The translations under genes and the position numbers were made by a program. The notes beneath the pieces are model-generated. The model had not been told where the DNA came from, searched no databases, and saw only the letters and a program-made list of their open reading frames with translations. 64,000 nucleotides of DNA, taken from the NCBI RefSeq assembly GCF_006345805.1, contig NC_043016.1:4278001-4342000 (forward strand), given 5' to 3'. This document shows, in pieces, positions 1 through 12,626 of the stretch. Source of the DNA: Octopus sinensis. Lineage: Eukaryota. Within the stretch, counting starts at the first letter, position 1, and each line of letters opens with the position of its first letter.

Positions 1-258
1 GAACTCAGTACCTTGAGGTTAGTAGCCAGCTCTCTTAACCACTAAACCATATGGCAGTTATGGAGTGAGTTTTAGGGCTTATAAATCTAATATTTTCCTA
101 CTGTTCCTTAATACCGGTTTTCCATATGCTACTCATATGTACACTCGGTCCGCTTAGGAGGTTGTTGTGTCCTAGCATATTTGCTACTGCTTCTTCTAGT
201 TTTTGTATTTTCCAGTGGTGTTCTCTATCTATTATTTTAACTTCATCCCACAGGGGGA
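1..258 (-). mobile_element. Penelope-like element 3' fragment (GIY-YIG endonuclease C-terminus plus 3' UTR); left arm of a fold-back, runs off the window edge
   Basis: ORF 98..328(-) reads PLWDEVKIIDREHHWKIQKLEEAVANMLGHNNLLSGPS, typical of the C-terminal part of Penelope GIY-YIG endonucleases. The reverse complement aligns with 285-536. Confidence 0.8.
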
Positions 259-483
259 TCATGTATGGAAAAGGAGAGACCACCTCCCCCTGTGGGATGA
301 CGTTAAAATAATAGACAGAGAACGCCACAGGAAAATACGAAAACTAAAAGAAGCTGCACATATGCTAGGACACAACAACCTCCTAAGCAGACCAAGTGCA
401 GATATGAGCAGCATATGGGAACCAGTATTAAGGAAAATAGTAGATTTATAAGCCCTAAAATTCACTCCATAATTGCCCATAGG

Positions 484-549
484 CATTTGGCATAGTGGTT
501 AAGAGTGCAGGCTACTAACCCGAAGATTCTGAGTTTGATTCCAGGCAGT
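484..549 (+). promoter_or_regulatory. tRNA-derived segment with A- and B-box-like Pol III promoter elements (not a functional tRNA)
   Basis: A-box-like TGGCATAGTGG at 488-498, CTACTAA loop, B-box-like GAGTTTGATTCC at 531-542. Anticodon and acceptor stems pair poorly. Confidence 0.6.
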
Positions 550-616
550 GATCTGAATAATAATAATATTAGAAAAATACTTTAGGAATCGGAACCCAGG
601 TTCAAAATTCCCCCAG

Positions 617-662
617 GATACCTGATGAAGGCTGGAGAGTACATCAGTTGAAAAGTTGTGTT
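617..662 (+). ncRNA. Minimal Penelope-type hammerhead ribozyme motif, probably inactivated
   Basis: Stem I GATAC(617-621)/GTGTT(658-662); core CTGATGA at 622-628; stem II GGCTG/CAGTT with two G-U pairs; GAAA at 650-653. GAAAAGTT replaces the expected GAAACGTT, which breaks the palindromic stem III. Confidence 0.6.
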
Positions 663-1049
663 AACAACAAACAAGATGAGGACAAATATCCGTCAAATAT
701 TACTATTCAGTTAGTTGGGTGGTAATTAGGTATCTCTAGTGTAGTTCACATTGTTTCTTTCCTTTGTACCACATCTACAGTATAATAATCCACTACTTCT
801 GTACTCTAGAAGTTTGTTCTTTCCCTCTCCCTGCTTACTAAATGACATGTGAAACATCCTAATCAATGCCCTTCATTCTCTAATTGTTAAAAGAACGGGT
901 TTTGCCATCTGCACACTGTAAACAAGCAGTACCTATCCTTATCCTATTTCTCTGTGTTGCTTCCCATTTTTTTTTTCTTAAACATTTTCACATCATGTCT
1001 GTATATTCATTGAATAAAAGAAATCCAAACATATCTTAACAATCATTAA

Positions 1050-1282
1050 CCCTTTAGCATTTAAACCAGCCAAATGTGGTCAAAATATTCTACCTCTTTT
1101 TATGTTCAAACTGGCCTCTTTATGTTCAAACAGGTATGTGTGCTTCTCACACACACACCCTACAATGTCATTCTAGGAATACGCAGTTGAAATGTGTATG
1201 CTACAAGATGATGCAGGATTAATTCAAATTAATGTGAATAAATAAGCCTTGCATTTGACAGAATAATTTGAATGCTAAAGGG
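1050..1282. mobile_element. piggyBac-type MITE (233 bp)
   Basis: TTAA at 1046-1049 and 1283-1286; perfect 12-bp TIR CCCTTTAGCATT/AATGCTAAAGGG; no coding capacity. Confidence 0.9.
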
Positions 1283-1343
1283 TTAAAATAAGAAAAAGTT
1301 AAACAACTTGTTACAGTGTTTATTAGTTATCCTCTTACTGCAG

Positions 1344-1394
1344 AACTTCAGACATTGGACATGAAGAAATCTGAAATATGGAAATATATGAGAG
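1344..1394 (+). CDS. Candidate 51-nt phase-1/1 host exon, (E)LQTLDMKKSEIWKYMR
   Basis: Acceptor ctcttactgcag, donor AG|gttagt, exactly one open frame. No phase-compatible link to the 12546 exon was found. Confidence 0.3.
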
Positions 1395-3765
1395 GTTAGT
1401 CATTCAAAAGAGTAGCAGCCCAATGATGCTGTGTAGAGCAATAGATTAAGAAAAGCAAGTGAAAACAGTACATAACAGGGACCATTTCTAGACTGGATGT
1501 TCATAGCAATGGTTCATTGTATTTTTGTCTTTACACCTCCCTGGCTGTGCTTCCAACTCTCTAACTTTATCAACAAATAAATCTCTGCATTGAAGGACAG
1601 TAACTTCTTTTTATAATGGTCAACTTTTAATTCTTCAATTTCCCAGGAGCCACATGCATTTTACTCCATATCTTAAGTTTAAGAATATTTCTTTGTATAC
1701 TGACTATCAGTAGCTAGCAAAGCTTAAACAAGAATTAACAAATTATGGGGGGAAAAAAAAAAAAGCAACGACAAAATTATCTTAAAACCAAAGAACTACT
1801 TGATGAAGCATAAGTGCAATAAATTTGAAATCTTTTTAGAAAAGATCTGAGACTCATGGAGAACATCTCACTGGTGCACTTGTGGGACTTCAGTCCTACT
1901 GTGGCAACCCCATGTTCTTCATTATCATTGAGTATAAAATAACTTCAAGTTCCTTTAAATCAAACTCAGATGTCTTAAGATGGTATCTGTGAGTCTTAGC
2001 TGCCTCAGTAAAAATGATGGAGTGCTTTTGAGTATAAGATCTGATAAATCATAAATGACCTGCAACTAAACAAAAGTAACACAGGATCAATTGTAGTACA
2101 TCATTGTAGAAGAATGCTGCAGGGGATATTCCAGTGAATTAGCAAAAAATTCAGTTCATCTTAAGGAAGTTTGGCACATCTAAAATATCCCTCAAAACAT
2201 TTCATTGCACTAAAGAGCAATAGAATCTATTTGGAAGCCACAACTCATTAGAGAATTGCATAAAAGCAGGGGTTAGTTACATTTAGAGAAATAATAAAGT
2301 CAATTTACAAAAGTATTTGAAATCAAACAATATTTAGCTTTTCAAGTGTGCAGTCAGAAAGTCAAAGTCATGTATTATTAAATAAGCACTTGTTATTGGA
2401 ACTTGCAACACTTTAGAGTCATTGATAGAGAAGCTGAAGTAGTATTGGTCAATCAGTTAAGACCTTTCTAGAACCGAATAGAAAATAGGAATAAATCAGC
2501 AAGAGTGGAAAAGAGAGTCTCCATAGAATCACTTAACCTGCTTGAAAATACCAACCTGATCAGTAACAATTCATAAGCTGCTATTTTTAAGAACCAAACG
2601 AGAAAGGAGAAGGTCACATTGGCTAATGCAACCTGAGATAAGTTATGTTTGAAAAAAAGTATTCAATGGATTTAGCTGCAATATAATAATAATGAACTTA
2701 TTGTAATCAGTGCTCAGGTGCACTACAACTCATCAGAAAAATAACCAAAACTGCATGAACAGTACATAGAATATGTATAGGTAGTGAACAGTGAAAATGT
2801 CTTGGACACCTGTGCTACACCAGATATCTCATAGGATGAAGAATGATGTCCCAGAACAGTGAATACCTCTTTTTGACTAGGAACGAGGCACTTTGACCAG
2901 TTATAGAGATCATTTTTCACACCTGAGCTGATCAGAGTCTAACAGCAATAATAACCAGGTAAAAATATTTGTAATAATCAGAGCAAAGCAAACTTGGCTT
3001 CTTCATTGGACTTTTCAAATAGGGTTAACAAAGAAAGAAAAAAAAAAAAGGTGGATGGGAATGACATGAATCTAAAGCAGATTTAAATTCTTTAAATATA
3101 TTTTGCTTGCTACCTCTAATAAAAGAAGAAAAAGAAAAAGCCAAAACATAATGAATATAATAAACAAACATAATCAGCTGAATTTATTTCACTGCACTAC
3201 CAGTTTACAAAGAAGATTCTATGCAGTTATTTGATCTGCTACTAACAGCTGACAAATCTCAGTCAAAATTCACACATCTCTTATAGATAAATCAGACTTG
3301 GATATGACATGCCAGAAAAGATGGGATGGTTACAGCTAGAACATGAGACAGAAAATAACAAAACCATAGTGTCCGAGCATTCACAGCTATGAATCTGGAT
3401 CACACATGGTCAATTGTTCAATAATATTTCAAAACAACTGCACAATATCTACCTATGTACATGTTACCATCTGCTCAATCAGAACCAATAGGTCAGGCCT
3501 GATCTCAGCTGACACATTAACAGCAGCAACAAAAATGATAAAAATTTTATCAATTTTCAAAGAAATAAGAAACAAAGACTACTCTAAATGAATCTGCATT
3601 TATAATGCCAACGTACATGAAATTTAACCCAGTACTCTTCTATGCCTAATATTCTACTATGTTTGCCTATATCTTTACCACCTAAAAATAACGGTAGCAG
3701 CAACAATATATTTTTAAATGATTGCTCATAAATGTTTAAAACCCAATATTTTCAAGTGAAGAAAT

Positions 3766-3767
<2 letters not shown>

Positions 3768-3852
<85 letters not shown>
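3768..3852. repeat. (CT)n microsatellite
   Basis: Direct inspection. Confidence 0.98.
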
Positions 3853-4502
3853 GCATATGTGTATGTGTGTGTATACATGAATATGTATAATGCTCATATG
3901 CATATGGATAGTGTACATGTACATAGGTATCTCTTTTTACGCCTACACTTGTATTGTGTTTGTAAACATCTACTTTCATTTAGCGATTTCCTTAATTGCT
4001 TGTCTAGAATGAAGATCGTGTGCACTAGAATATGATGATAATTTGATTATCTTTTCATTAACAATGATGCTGCTAATGATGACAGTAATGACAAAAGGAG
4101 GAAGATAATTATGAAAATTTTTATTATTGGTAGTTGTCTTGGAATATTAGTCATAGATATATTTCATTTTCTGTAGGGGTGAGCGTTCAGCATTGAAGAA
4201 TAGTGGCAGAATCATAGAACATCTTTGAAAAGTTGTTAGGATTCAGAAATATGTTGTGAAGGCACGATAATGTTAGAAATACAATTGTTTAAAAAAATCA
4301 TATTGTTATTGCTGGTGATGTTGTTGAGTGTTAAGCAAAGTGCCATGGAGTATTTCTATATACTCTTGATGTTCTTAAATCCTGCTGAGGTCATCATTGC
4401 TCTTTTGTAGCGCACAAGTCCTGAGGTCAATGTAAACAACAAACCTCTTCCCACCAAAATTGTTGCTCTTGTGCCAAAATTTGAAACTCATCATCAATTT
4501 TA

Positions 4503-4729
4503 CGGCAGCAAAGTTGGCAGAATCATTGTCATGCCAGACAAATGCTTAGCAGCATTTCTTCTAGCTTTACTTTCTGTGTTCAAATGCCATCAACATTGAT
4601 TTTGCCTATCATTCTTCCACAGTTGATAAAATAAGTACCAGCTGAATACTAGTGTCAATGTATTTCACTTTCTCCACTCTTCAAAATCCCTGGCCTTGTG
4701 CCAAAACTTAGAAAAAGTTGTTCTTGTTG

Positions 4730-4761
<32 letters not shown>
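4503..4761 (+). mobile_element. tRNA-derived SINE (group A, resembling the Octopus OK-type) with (ATT)n tail
   Basis: TGGCAGAATC...ATGCTTAG...TTCAAAT...GATAAAATAAGTACCAG architecture shared with the copies at 17876, 21474, 48183 and 60885. Confidence 0.75.
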
Positions 4762-4763
<2 letters not shown>

Positions 4764-4789
4764 GACAGCAAGTTTGCTGAATTGTTAGA

Positions 4790-6790
4790 GCATTTTTGTG
4801 TTTATACTCTTTTTGTGCTAGATTACTGCATTTGCTATCTGAGTTTTATCGATCTGTGCTTCTATTAAATTTATCCTAATGGCTTGTTCCTGGGCAGCTA
4901 TAAATAGTGATTCAGTGTCTTGTTTCAAATTGTTACATTAATTTTCCATGTAATTCCTTCTCTGTTGTTTTCCTTCTGTTCTTGAATTCTGCTGCTGTTT
5001 CAGTAACTTTTTAAACATATCTAGCTTCCAATAGTATCCTTTCTTCACTACATACAATATTATTTCAACTCCAATATTGCAGTACTAATGTGATGATGTC
5101 TTCTGCATTTAGTAATTCTGCACCTTCTTCCTTTCCTGGCAGGTAGTGTCTGTTGATATTACTTTTAGGGTGGAGTGCATTGTGAGCAGCTTCTTGGTTC
5201 TCCCATCTAAGTTCTATAGTTTGGTCTTTGTCCATATGAATAGGGCATCAGAATATCTTAATACTGACATAACTCATGTTATGCTTCATTTTTGGATTTG
5301 GTTTGCAAGATTCTTTATATGAGTTCATGCGTTGAAGCATATTCTGTTGTGTCTGGGGAGAGTCATTTTCTTTCTGTACCTTATAATTCATCACACTCAC
5401 CAGTAAAATTTCCACTTGTTCCTTATTTTTATTTTCCTAAAATTTTTGTTTTGTCTTGCAACCTTTTTAATAGTCTAGACTCTCATGTTACGCTAATATT
5501 TATTCATTACTTCGATAATATTCCTTCCATTTAATTTTGTTTTGTGTGCCATCTTAATCCATCTCTTGTAGCCTTTGGAGATTTCTCTCTCTCATTTCTC
5601 CTTCTATTATCCAATTTTCTTGCAGCATTCAGCAACTCTAGATATTTTGTATCCCTGATTATTCTACAGTGATAAGGATCTTGTTTTGTGGTAATGTTAT
5701 GCCATCAGAATTTATCTTCTGGCCTTCATGATTAGCACTGTGCACTTATCTCCCCAAACTGCATTCCAATAGACTTGCCAAATACTCTTAATGGATAATC
5801 TTGGTCTTTTTCACTTTTTGTATGTAGTTTCAGGACATTCAAATACAGTTAGTGACTTATTTTCAATTTATTTTCACCTTGGTTTTCACAAACTAATAGG
5901 CAGATCTGAATCTTCTCTCTATATACTTGTCATAGAGATTAACAAAACAAGGAAGAAAATAAAGCAAGACTCTCTGAAAGATTGCCTTGTGCATTTTCAT
6001 ACTTCCCAGTGGTTCGTTTATGCATTTGAGTTCTACTTCCCATGCTTTCATTGCTTTTTCCAAAAAGCTGTTTATCTTTTTATTGACTCTTTTTATTGTC
6101 TTCAGGTACTTCAAGAGCCAGCAGTATGGAATAGTGTCATAAGCCTTCTTTTAGCATATTCAGTCAATAGCTAGACTCTTCTTTTGTACTTGTGCCTCAT
6201 TTAGTATTCTGTTATCTCTATATAACAAATCAGCAATTCCCCTTGACTTCTTTCTGCATCGCTTTTGCTCCTCTGACAGTAGATTCTCCTTCTCCAGTTA
6301 TGAGGCCAGTTAATATTTTCCAGAGTAATTGTAAGCAAGTAATAAGTCTATAATTGCCAACTTCCCATCTCTTTCCTTTGTCCTTCTGCACCAATGTCTT
6401 TTTTATTTTCATTTATTTTGACATTCCATTTTCTATATAATCAATAAGAAATGGTTGTATATAGAACTGTGTATACATAAAAGATTTTTTTAGTCAGAAT
6501 TGTTGAACATCATTTGATCTGGTAGCTTTCTAATTTGGTATTTCTTTTCCTTAACGTTGATATTTTCTTGTTTTGCTCTGTCTTCCATTTCATTTTAAAA
6601 TTTTCATAACCAATCAGTTTCCATATTATGTTTGAATTTCTTTGCTCTAGATTTCTGACCAAAATTTTCTTGCTGCTTTCAGTTTCTGGCACTTAATTTT
6701 CCTGGTGCTCCATTGCATTTTTTAGCCATTATTAAAATATCTTTTTGTTGTTTTATTATTTGCCAGAATTATTTGTGTCAAACAAAATAC
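4790..6790 (-). mobile_element. Degenerate R4/Dong-clade LINE (RT and post-RT region)
   Basis: Minus-strand fragments: GNYRLITCLQLLWKILTG, AIFQ, HPKSNINRHYLPGKEEG, LKQDTESLFIAAQEQAIR, NLAQKEYK. Many stops and frameshifts. Confidence 0.8.
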
Positions 6791-7639
6791 AATGAATTGT
6801 TTGATCCAGCACTTTATGTTCTTTTATTAGCTCAAATTCTTTCATCCACTTGTGCTTGATAAAATGAATGAATAAAATAAAGTACTGATCATATACTAAG
6901 GTCAATGTAAAAAACTACCCCTCTCCAAAATGTTCAGCCTCTTGCCTATGTTAGAAACAGTTATTATTATTATTATTATTATTCATGCATTCTCCATGTT
7001 ACAGAAATGTGTTCCTGAAAAATTTCGCTGGAATGCTTTAATGGAAAACATTTTTCCTTTTGACTTTAGTGTTCATTAACCTGTGTAACACAGAACTGAA
7101 AAGTAGATTTCATTCTATGGTATTCCATATTACAGCAAGCTGTTTCAGGAATGCAACATTTCCATGATTATGGGATTTACCTGTATTGTTATTATTTCTG
7201 CATCAGTGATATTTTCATTGCATGCATTCACTGCATTACAAAGTAAAGCTCTCTGTACTTTGGATATGTGCAGTATTTTGTTTTAGTTTTTGTACTTGCT
7301 CATGTACTGACACACACTATTGATATAAAATGGGTACAAAGGTTAGTAATGTTTTCTGTGTATGTGATGCATATTTGTAAGCCCTTAGACTTTTGGTTAC
7401 GTATTTGTCTGCATTTTTATCAATCATTTACAAAGCACCTACAATTACAGGGATTGTTGAGAGTGGTGTATAGGCAGAATTGTAAGATTAAATTCCTTAC
7501 TGTTCTTCTTTTTAACTACTCATTTCAGAGCTTAAGTTTTGCTGAGCTCATCTTTGCTTTCCATCCTTCCAGGGTTAATAAAATATAGTCAATTAAATGA
7601 ACCCCAGCCATATATCAAGGATAATGTAATTGAGTAAGC

Positions 7640-8500
7640 CCTACTCTCAAATTTTTAAGTGTATGCTTATATTGGAAACACTTATTAGAGGAGTTGTTTC
7701 TATTTTCAGCTCCCATTCTGGTTATCAACATTTCAAGATCTTTTAGATCATATCACCACTTTTTTAAAGCAATACATTATCATATTTTGAGAAATGGTGC
7801 CTTGATCAAGAGGCATTTCCTTTCCTGAATCTTTGATAATAATATCAGATTTATTATCCTTGATTTCTTATCCTATGTGGATTAGCATATCCTAAAGCAT
7901 GTCATTCTTAAAGAGCTTTTCTGATGCATGCGTATACAACATCTTTCCTGTAGGTGTTCCATAATGCTGGCACAATTCTGTGATACCTGTGAATATATTC
8001 TTTCTTGGTAAGACTGAACAGCCAAAGATAATGTTCATTCTTTCCAATTTCCACATATCCTGTTGTTATTTGGCTATATTCTGCTTCATTATATATATAT
8101 ATTTTTTGTGGGAAGGCTTTGATCTTGTGATGCAATCAATAGTGCTTTAGTCTCAATTTTGAATCTTACATTTCTCAACTGTTGTTGTGACTTTTTCCTT
8201 GTCTGCTCTTGCTCTGTTTAGCTTTACAGACTTGGGCTATGTTAGAATTTTTCTTGTCATCACTTTATCATAGCAGGCTTTAACAAAAATTTTAGATTAA
8301 ATTCATAATTTTTATTGCTTTTCATCCCTTCTTAACTGCAATCCTTTCCTTTTTTCTCATATCTTTTCCTTGAAGACAAAGCAGTTCACTTTCTCCATGT
8401 TTTATAGCTACATGTATCAGTTTTCCATCATTCTTTACATTATTCTTTTTTAAGATTTTACTGTGAATATTTTATAATAATTTTCTAGTTGTGTAAGACA
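7640..8500 (-). mobile_element. Degenerate R4/Dong-clade LINE C-terminus (CCHC and restriction-like endonuclease region)
   Basis: Minus-strand remnants LTKKEYIHR, NKSDIIIKD and ITRMWELK-like; these match the better-preserved copy at 45117-47558. Confidence 0.65.
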
Positions 8501-8689
8501 CCTGTTTCTATGGTAAATTTAACTTATGAAATATATGGTGTATTTTAAATGCTGTCATTATTAATCTTAGCAGCCAAGTGAGAATATTATAATTACACTG
8601 TATTACTGGGGACAGCCAGAGTATTGATGTCTGTTATGTTATTCTTTGCATTTATCTCTGTTTCATTATTAATCTCTAAAGTTCGATGG

Positions 8690-10100
8690 CCCTGGGTGTA
8701 AATGGCAGCAATAGTGGTGCATTCAGACGAGTTGCCATCTATGGTCTAACCGAAACAGGATTGGCAAATTTCTTCAGATATCTAAAATCTTTTCCAGATG
8801 TGTCCTTTTCTCTAGTTCTAGTGAGGGATTGGAATTGCATTTTAGACACTTGGTGAGGCTAGCATATAGAAGTAGGGAGTGTAAAGCCTCACGAACATGC
8901 GCAGATGTTTCCTAATGCTTGACAGATACTGAGTGGATTTCCTGAACGTGCTCATGTGGACATAGAACATACACAACAGGACATCCAGATCATATCAAGA
9001 CTGATAGTGTTTTAGGCTTTGCACAGTATGAATAGCTTCACCTTACAGACCACGAACTTGTGATCTCCGTGGTTGATGTAGTTGAGACTTATAGACTGAA
9101 GCTGGACACCTTGTTACCGATATGCAAAATCTACAGGGACAGGTTTAGCGAATTTGTTAAATGGTAATTGAATGTAGTAGTTGTCACAGACCAGTGGTGG
9201 AGCACTCTGAAGTGGCTGATTTCATCAAGATCAATATTTAGCAAAGAGCTAGTAACAGAATGAAATAAATTGGAGAAGGAGCTAATGATTAAGCTAGGAG
9301 ATGTGATTATCAAAAGCTGCATTGCTGAAGCTAGGACATCATATGGAAACTAAAGTTATTCAATGGGCTCAGGTAAAAGAGGTTTGATTGCGGCAAGAAA
9401 ACCACAATATGGATTTTGATGGACCTGAACAAGTGCAAGTAAGCATGTGTGAATTTCTAGCAGCATTTTGCTCAGCTGTTTGGTGCTGGTGGTGAGTCAG
9501 AGATAAGCAGACTTTAGCACCTTACTATGTACGATGACCTGTCATGGCTCTTAACAGATGTTGAAATGTCATTAACGGCCATTGAAATACAGAAAGTACA
9601 GGGGTGGTTGTTTGAAGCACAACTCACCTGGTTTAGATGATTTGGCCTGTGAATTTTAGGAGTTCCTGCCAAACATTTTTGGGAACCTCTTGGCAGACAT
9701 CATCTGAAAAGTGTTGTGGAATATGAAAATTCCCAGTGCAGTGAGCTAGGAAAGGATGCTGAGAAGGAAGATATGCCAGACAACATTCAGTCTGTTACTC
9801 TGCTGAATGTAGAGTTTTAAAACTTTGGCCAAAATGTTAGTGAAGAGGCTAGTGTTTATCATTAAGTGGTGTGGTTGGGGAATTGCTAGCCTGCACAATC
9901 TCAAACAGGTCCATCCATAACTTTCTCTACTTCATATGATACGTCATAGAGAGAGGGTTGGGAATCAAGCTGGTTTCAGTAGGGCCCTGATTAAGTTAGA
10001 TCAGTTGGAAGTGTTTAATTGAGATTGTCAAAATATGGGCAGCTATACTGAAAGAAACATTTTTGGGGCACCTTTCTCAAGGTTGGATTGCTGCAGTGCA
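8690..10100 (+). mobile_element. Degenerate L1/Tx1-clade LINE (APE endonuclease and RT N-terminus)
   Basis: Remnants AFRRVAIYG...LVLVRDWNCILD, LTDHELV, PGLDDL and VTLLNVE-like; order matches EN followed by RT. Confidence 0.7.
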
Positions 10101-12545
10101 TAACAGCATCCCCATGAAAAAAAAACAAACACTTCTTGGAACTATTTTATATCACATATTTGATCTATAAAGGAATGTCCCAAGGTAAGGGTAGAGTGAG
10201 AAGTTCTGACCTCAAATTCTTTGAAAGATGGGTGAAAGTGATGAAAAGGGTAAGAGTGAATGAGACCACTCTTTAAGTGTAGGTGTTAAGCCTAAGAACA
10301 ACATTTGGAGAGGGTACTTGACATTTGTGTTCAGGATAATCTTGCATGGCAGAATTTCTTGATTGATCCTAGATGTAGGTTCTCCTGCGTCATTGTCATC
10401 ATCATCACTTTTTCTTCTGTGTATACATATATACATATATTGCATGTTTTCTTTTCATGCCTGCCACTAAGGAAGTTCTGTATGCTGAAATCATTTGATC
10501 TGGCAGTTTTGGTACCCATACCAGATTATACTCTTCTCTGCTCTTAGCACCGTATGTCTATATGAAAGAACCTCCCATAGCAAATGTTGCAGTATTCAAC
10601 ATTCTAATATTACATCCACACTTAGTGGGATGCAAGGATTACCATTTGCTGTTAATGCTGCTTCTGTCACTAATATTTATTTACTTGTACTTTATTCTTG
10701 GTTGTAAAACCTGTTAAAACCTTCTCCAGGTCTAACAGAGAAATATAGTTGGATTATTTTAATTTCAAAGTGAGAAGTGTCAACCTGCTTTCTAAAAATT
10801 TCAGTTTTCAGTATATTAAATAAAAAGCTTTTTTTTTTAAGGTTGGGGCCAATTCGAAGGGTATGCTTTAAAATATATGCATTTTGTGTTAACTTAATGT
10901 AGCAATATTATGTATTGATATTAAACGTTTTCTCTAATGAGATGGATATTTTAATGAAGCTAAACTCTCAAAATCCAAACAGAATTGATCCTGTCCCATT
11001 GAGTTTCTCAAAGAACACATTTCACAACCCGACTCATGGCTTATTGTTTAATGTGACCGGTAGAAAGAGAAAGAGTTTTTGCACAGTCCAGCAAACAATA
11101 AACTACACTAGACAACCTAATCACATAAGTTCAGAATGAAAATTTACTGCCAACTTGATCAAGGGTCACATCACCATCACTGATGAGTACAAATTAGAAT
11201 TCAACTGAGGAAAGAATCAACAATGTTGCAGTTGACCCAGCACAGGTCATTACCAGGTCATGATTAAAAAATAATAATAATATTTCAACTGAATCACATC
11301 AATCAAATGAACCAAGAACCATATCACTTAACACCAGTCTCAAAACTGAAGCAACAACCATCAATATAAGCCTCACAACTGAATGTTGACATAAAATGGG
11401 CAACTGATTCAATTATCACAGTCATTATGGATTACAACTGATTCTCAAATGAATACGTAATAACTGAAGCAGGAATTATATTTCTTAGCATTAATCACAC
11501 ATGAAGTAACTCTCATTTCAAAGAAAATAAGTATCATATTTGAATCAGCTGTATCAATGCATTTCATTACTTTAGATCTTTCTCATGACTAAATTATTAA
11601 TTTTATTTAACATCAAAACAATGCTGATACCTGAACCAGTTACCAATAGTCAGTGTGTTGTGAGTGTCATATGATCAAAACTGACCACCACGATCACCAC
11701 CAAAAAAAAAAAAAAAAAAAGTCAAATGAAAATGTTATCACTTTAATTTCACAAACCAGTGATGATATCGACCACACAGTTGCATGTATCTCACAACAGT
11801 ACCAATAAAGAAATAATATCATTAAATAAAGAAAAAGTATCTCACAACAGTACATCACTCAACTCCATTAGTACCGAACCAGCAATCTAATTAATCACAC
11901 AATTCGATAATTGCTGTAACCACTATAATCTCAAGGGAACTAATGTATTAATCTTAAAACTGAGCAAAAAATATTACAAAGGATCCCTCAACCCCTCAGT
12001 TATACAATTGAATTGGCAATCACCAATCTGATACCTGAGACAACAGTAAAATTAGATATCACAACTGACCAGTCACCACTAAAACGGTAATATCTCTCAA
12101 ATGAAAAACAATGACACAAAATTTGTATAGCCTAATCAATCACATCAATCGCACAGCCAAACAAACAATTTAAGAATTAGTACAGTTACACCTATCTCAC
12201 ACCTTAATAATTACATCAATCACTTAACTAATTCATTAATTACACCAATTAACATCAATATCCTGATTTAATTACATCACTCTCACATATCAATCAACTA
12301 CATCATTTTTACATTATCTAAATAAATAAAAATTTCAGTTTACCTCCCCCCCCCCTCTAAATGTAAACAAGTTGATATTAAATAATTCTGCATTTTATTT
12401 CCTTTTGAATATTGATTTGTAATTTTTGTGTTGTTTTAGTTGTTGTTGTTGCCTTTTTTTTCACTGTATTTTACTCACACCCCATTACCTTTTCATTTTG
12501 TTGTTTTTTTTTTTTCTTTTTTTTTCTGTATTATTGTAATTTCAG

Positions 12546-12626
12546 TTGGAATCTTTCTTCGCTTTGCCCCGTTCTGAGCAAAAGTTTATTCCACGACCAG
12601 AAAAGACCCTAAAGTTACTGCTCAGT
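12546..12626 (+). CDS. Host-gene exon A, 81 nt, phase 0/0, LESFFALPRSEQKFIPRPEKTLKLLLS
   Basis: About 140-nt U-rich tract ending aatttcag, donor AGT|gtatgt, only frame 0 open, locally higher GC with CpGs, not repeat-derived. Confidence 0.7.

Larger units (their letters stand above)
259..699 (+). mobile_element. Penelope-like element 3' fragment (GIY-YIG C-terminus, 3' UTR/pseudo-LTR with tRNA-like segment and hammerhead motif)
   Basis: ORF 203..451(+) reads DHVWKRRDHLPLWDDVKIIDRERHRKIRKLKEAAHMLGHNNLLSRPSADMSSIWEPVLRK with a stop at 449-451. A CTGATGA...GAAA motif follows. Confidence 0.8.

Noticed and set aside
484-549. Functional tRNA gene (also the SINE heads at 13800, 18124, 54750, 59525)
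   Set aside because: A/B boxes are present but cloverleaf stems are incomplete, and each is fused to a mobile-element body.
1800-3600. Possible degenerate Helitron or minus-strand exons
   Set aside because: Short suggestive peptides only, with no diagnostic motif or termini.
7954-8007. Apparent exon with good AG and GT signals
   Set aside because: Lies antisense within the R4/Dong remnant.
12546-12626. Naming the host gene (SH3BGR-like, troponin I-like, cyclin-like considered)
   Set aside because: Only fragmentary motif resemblance; spacing does not match.
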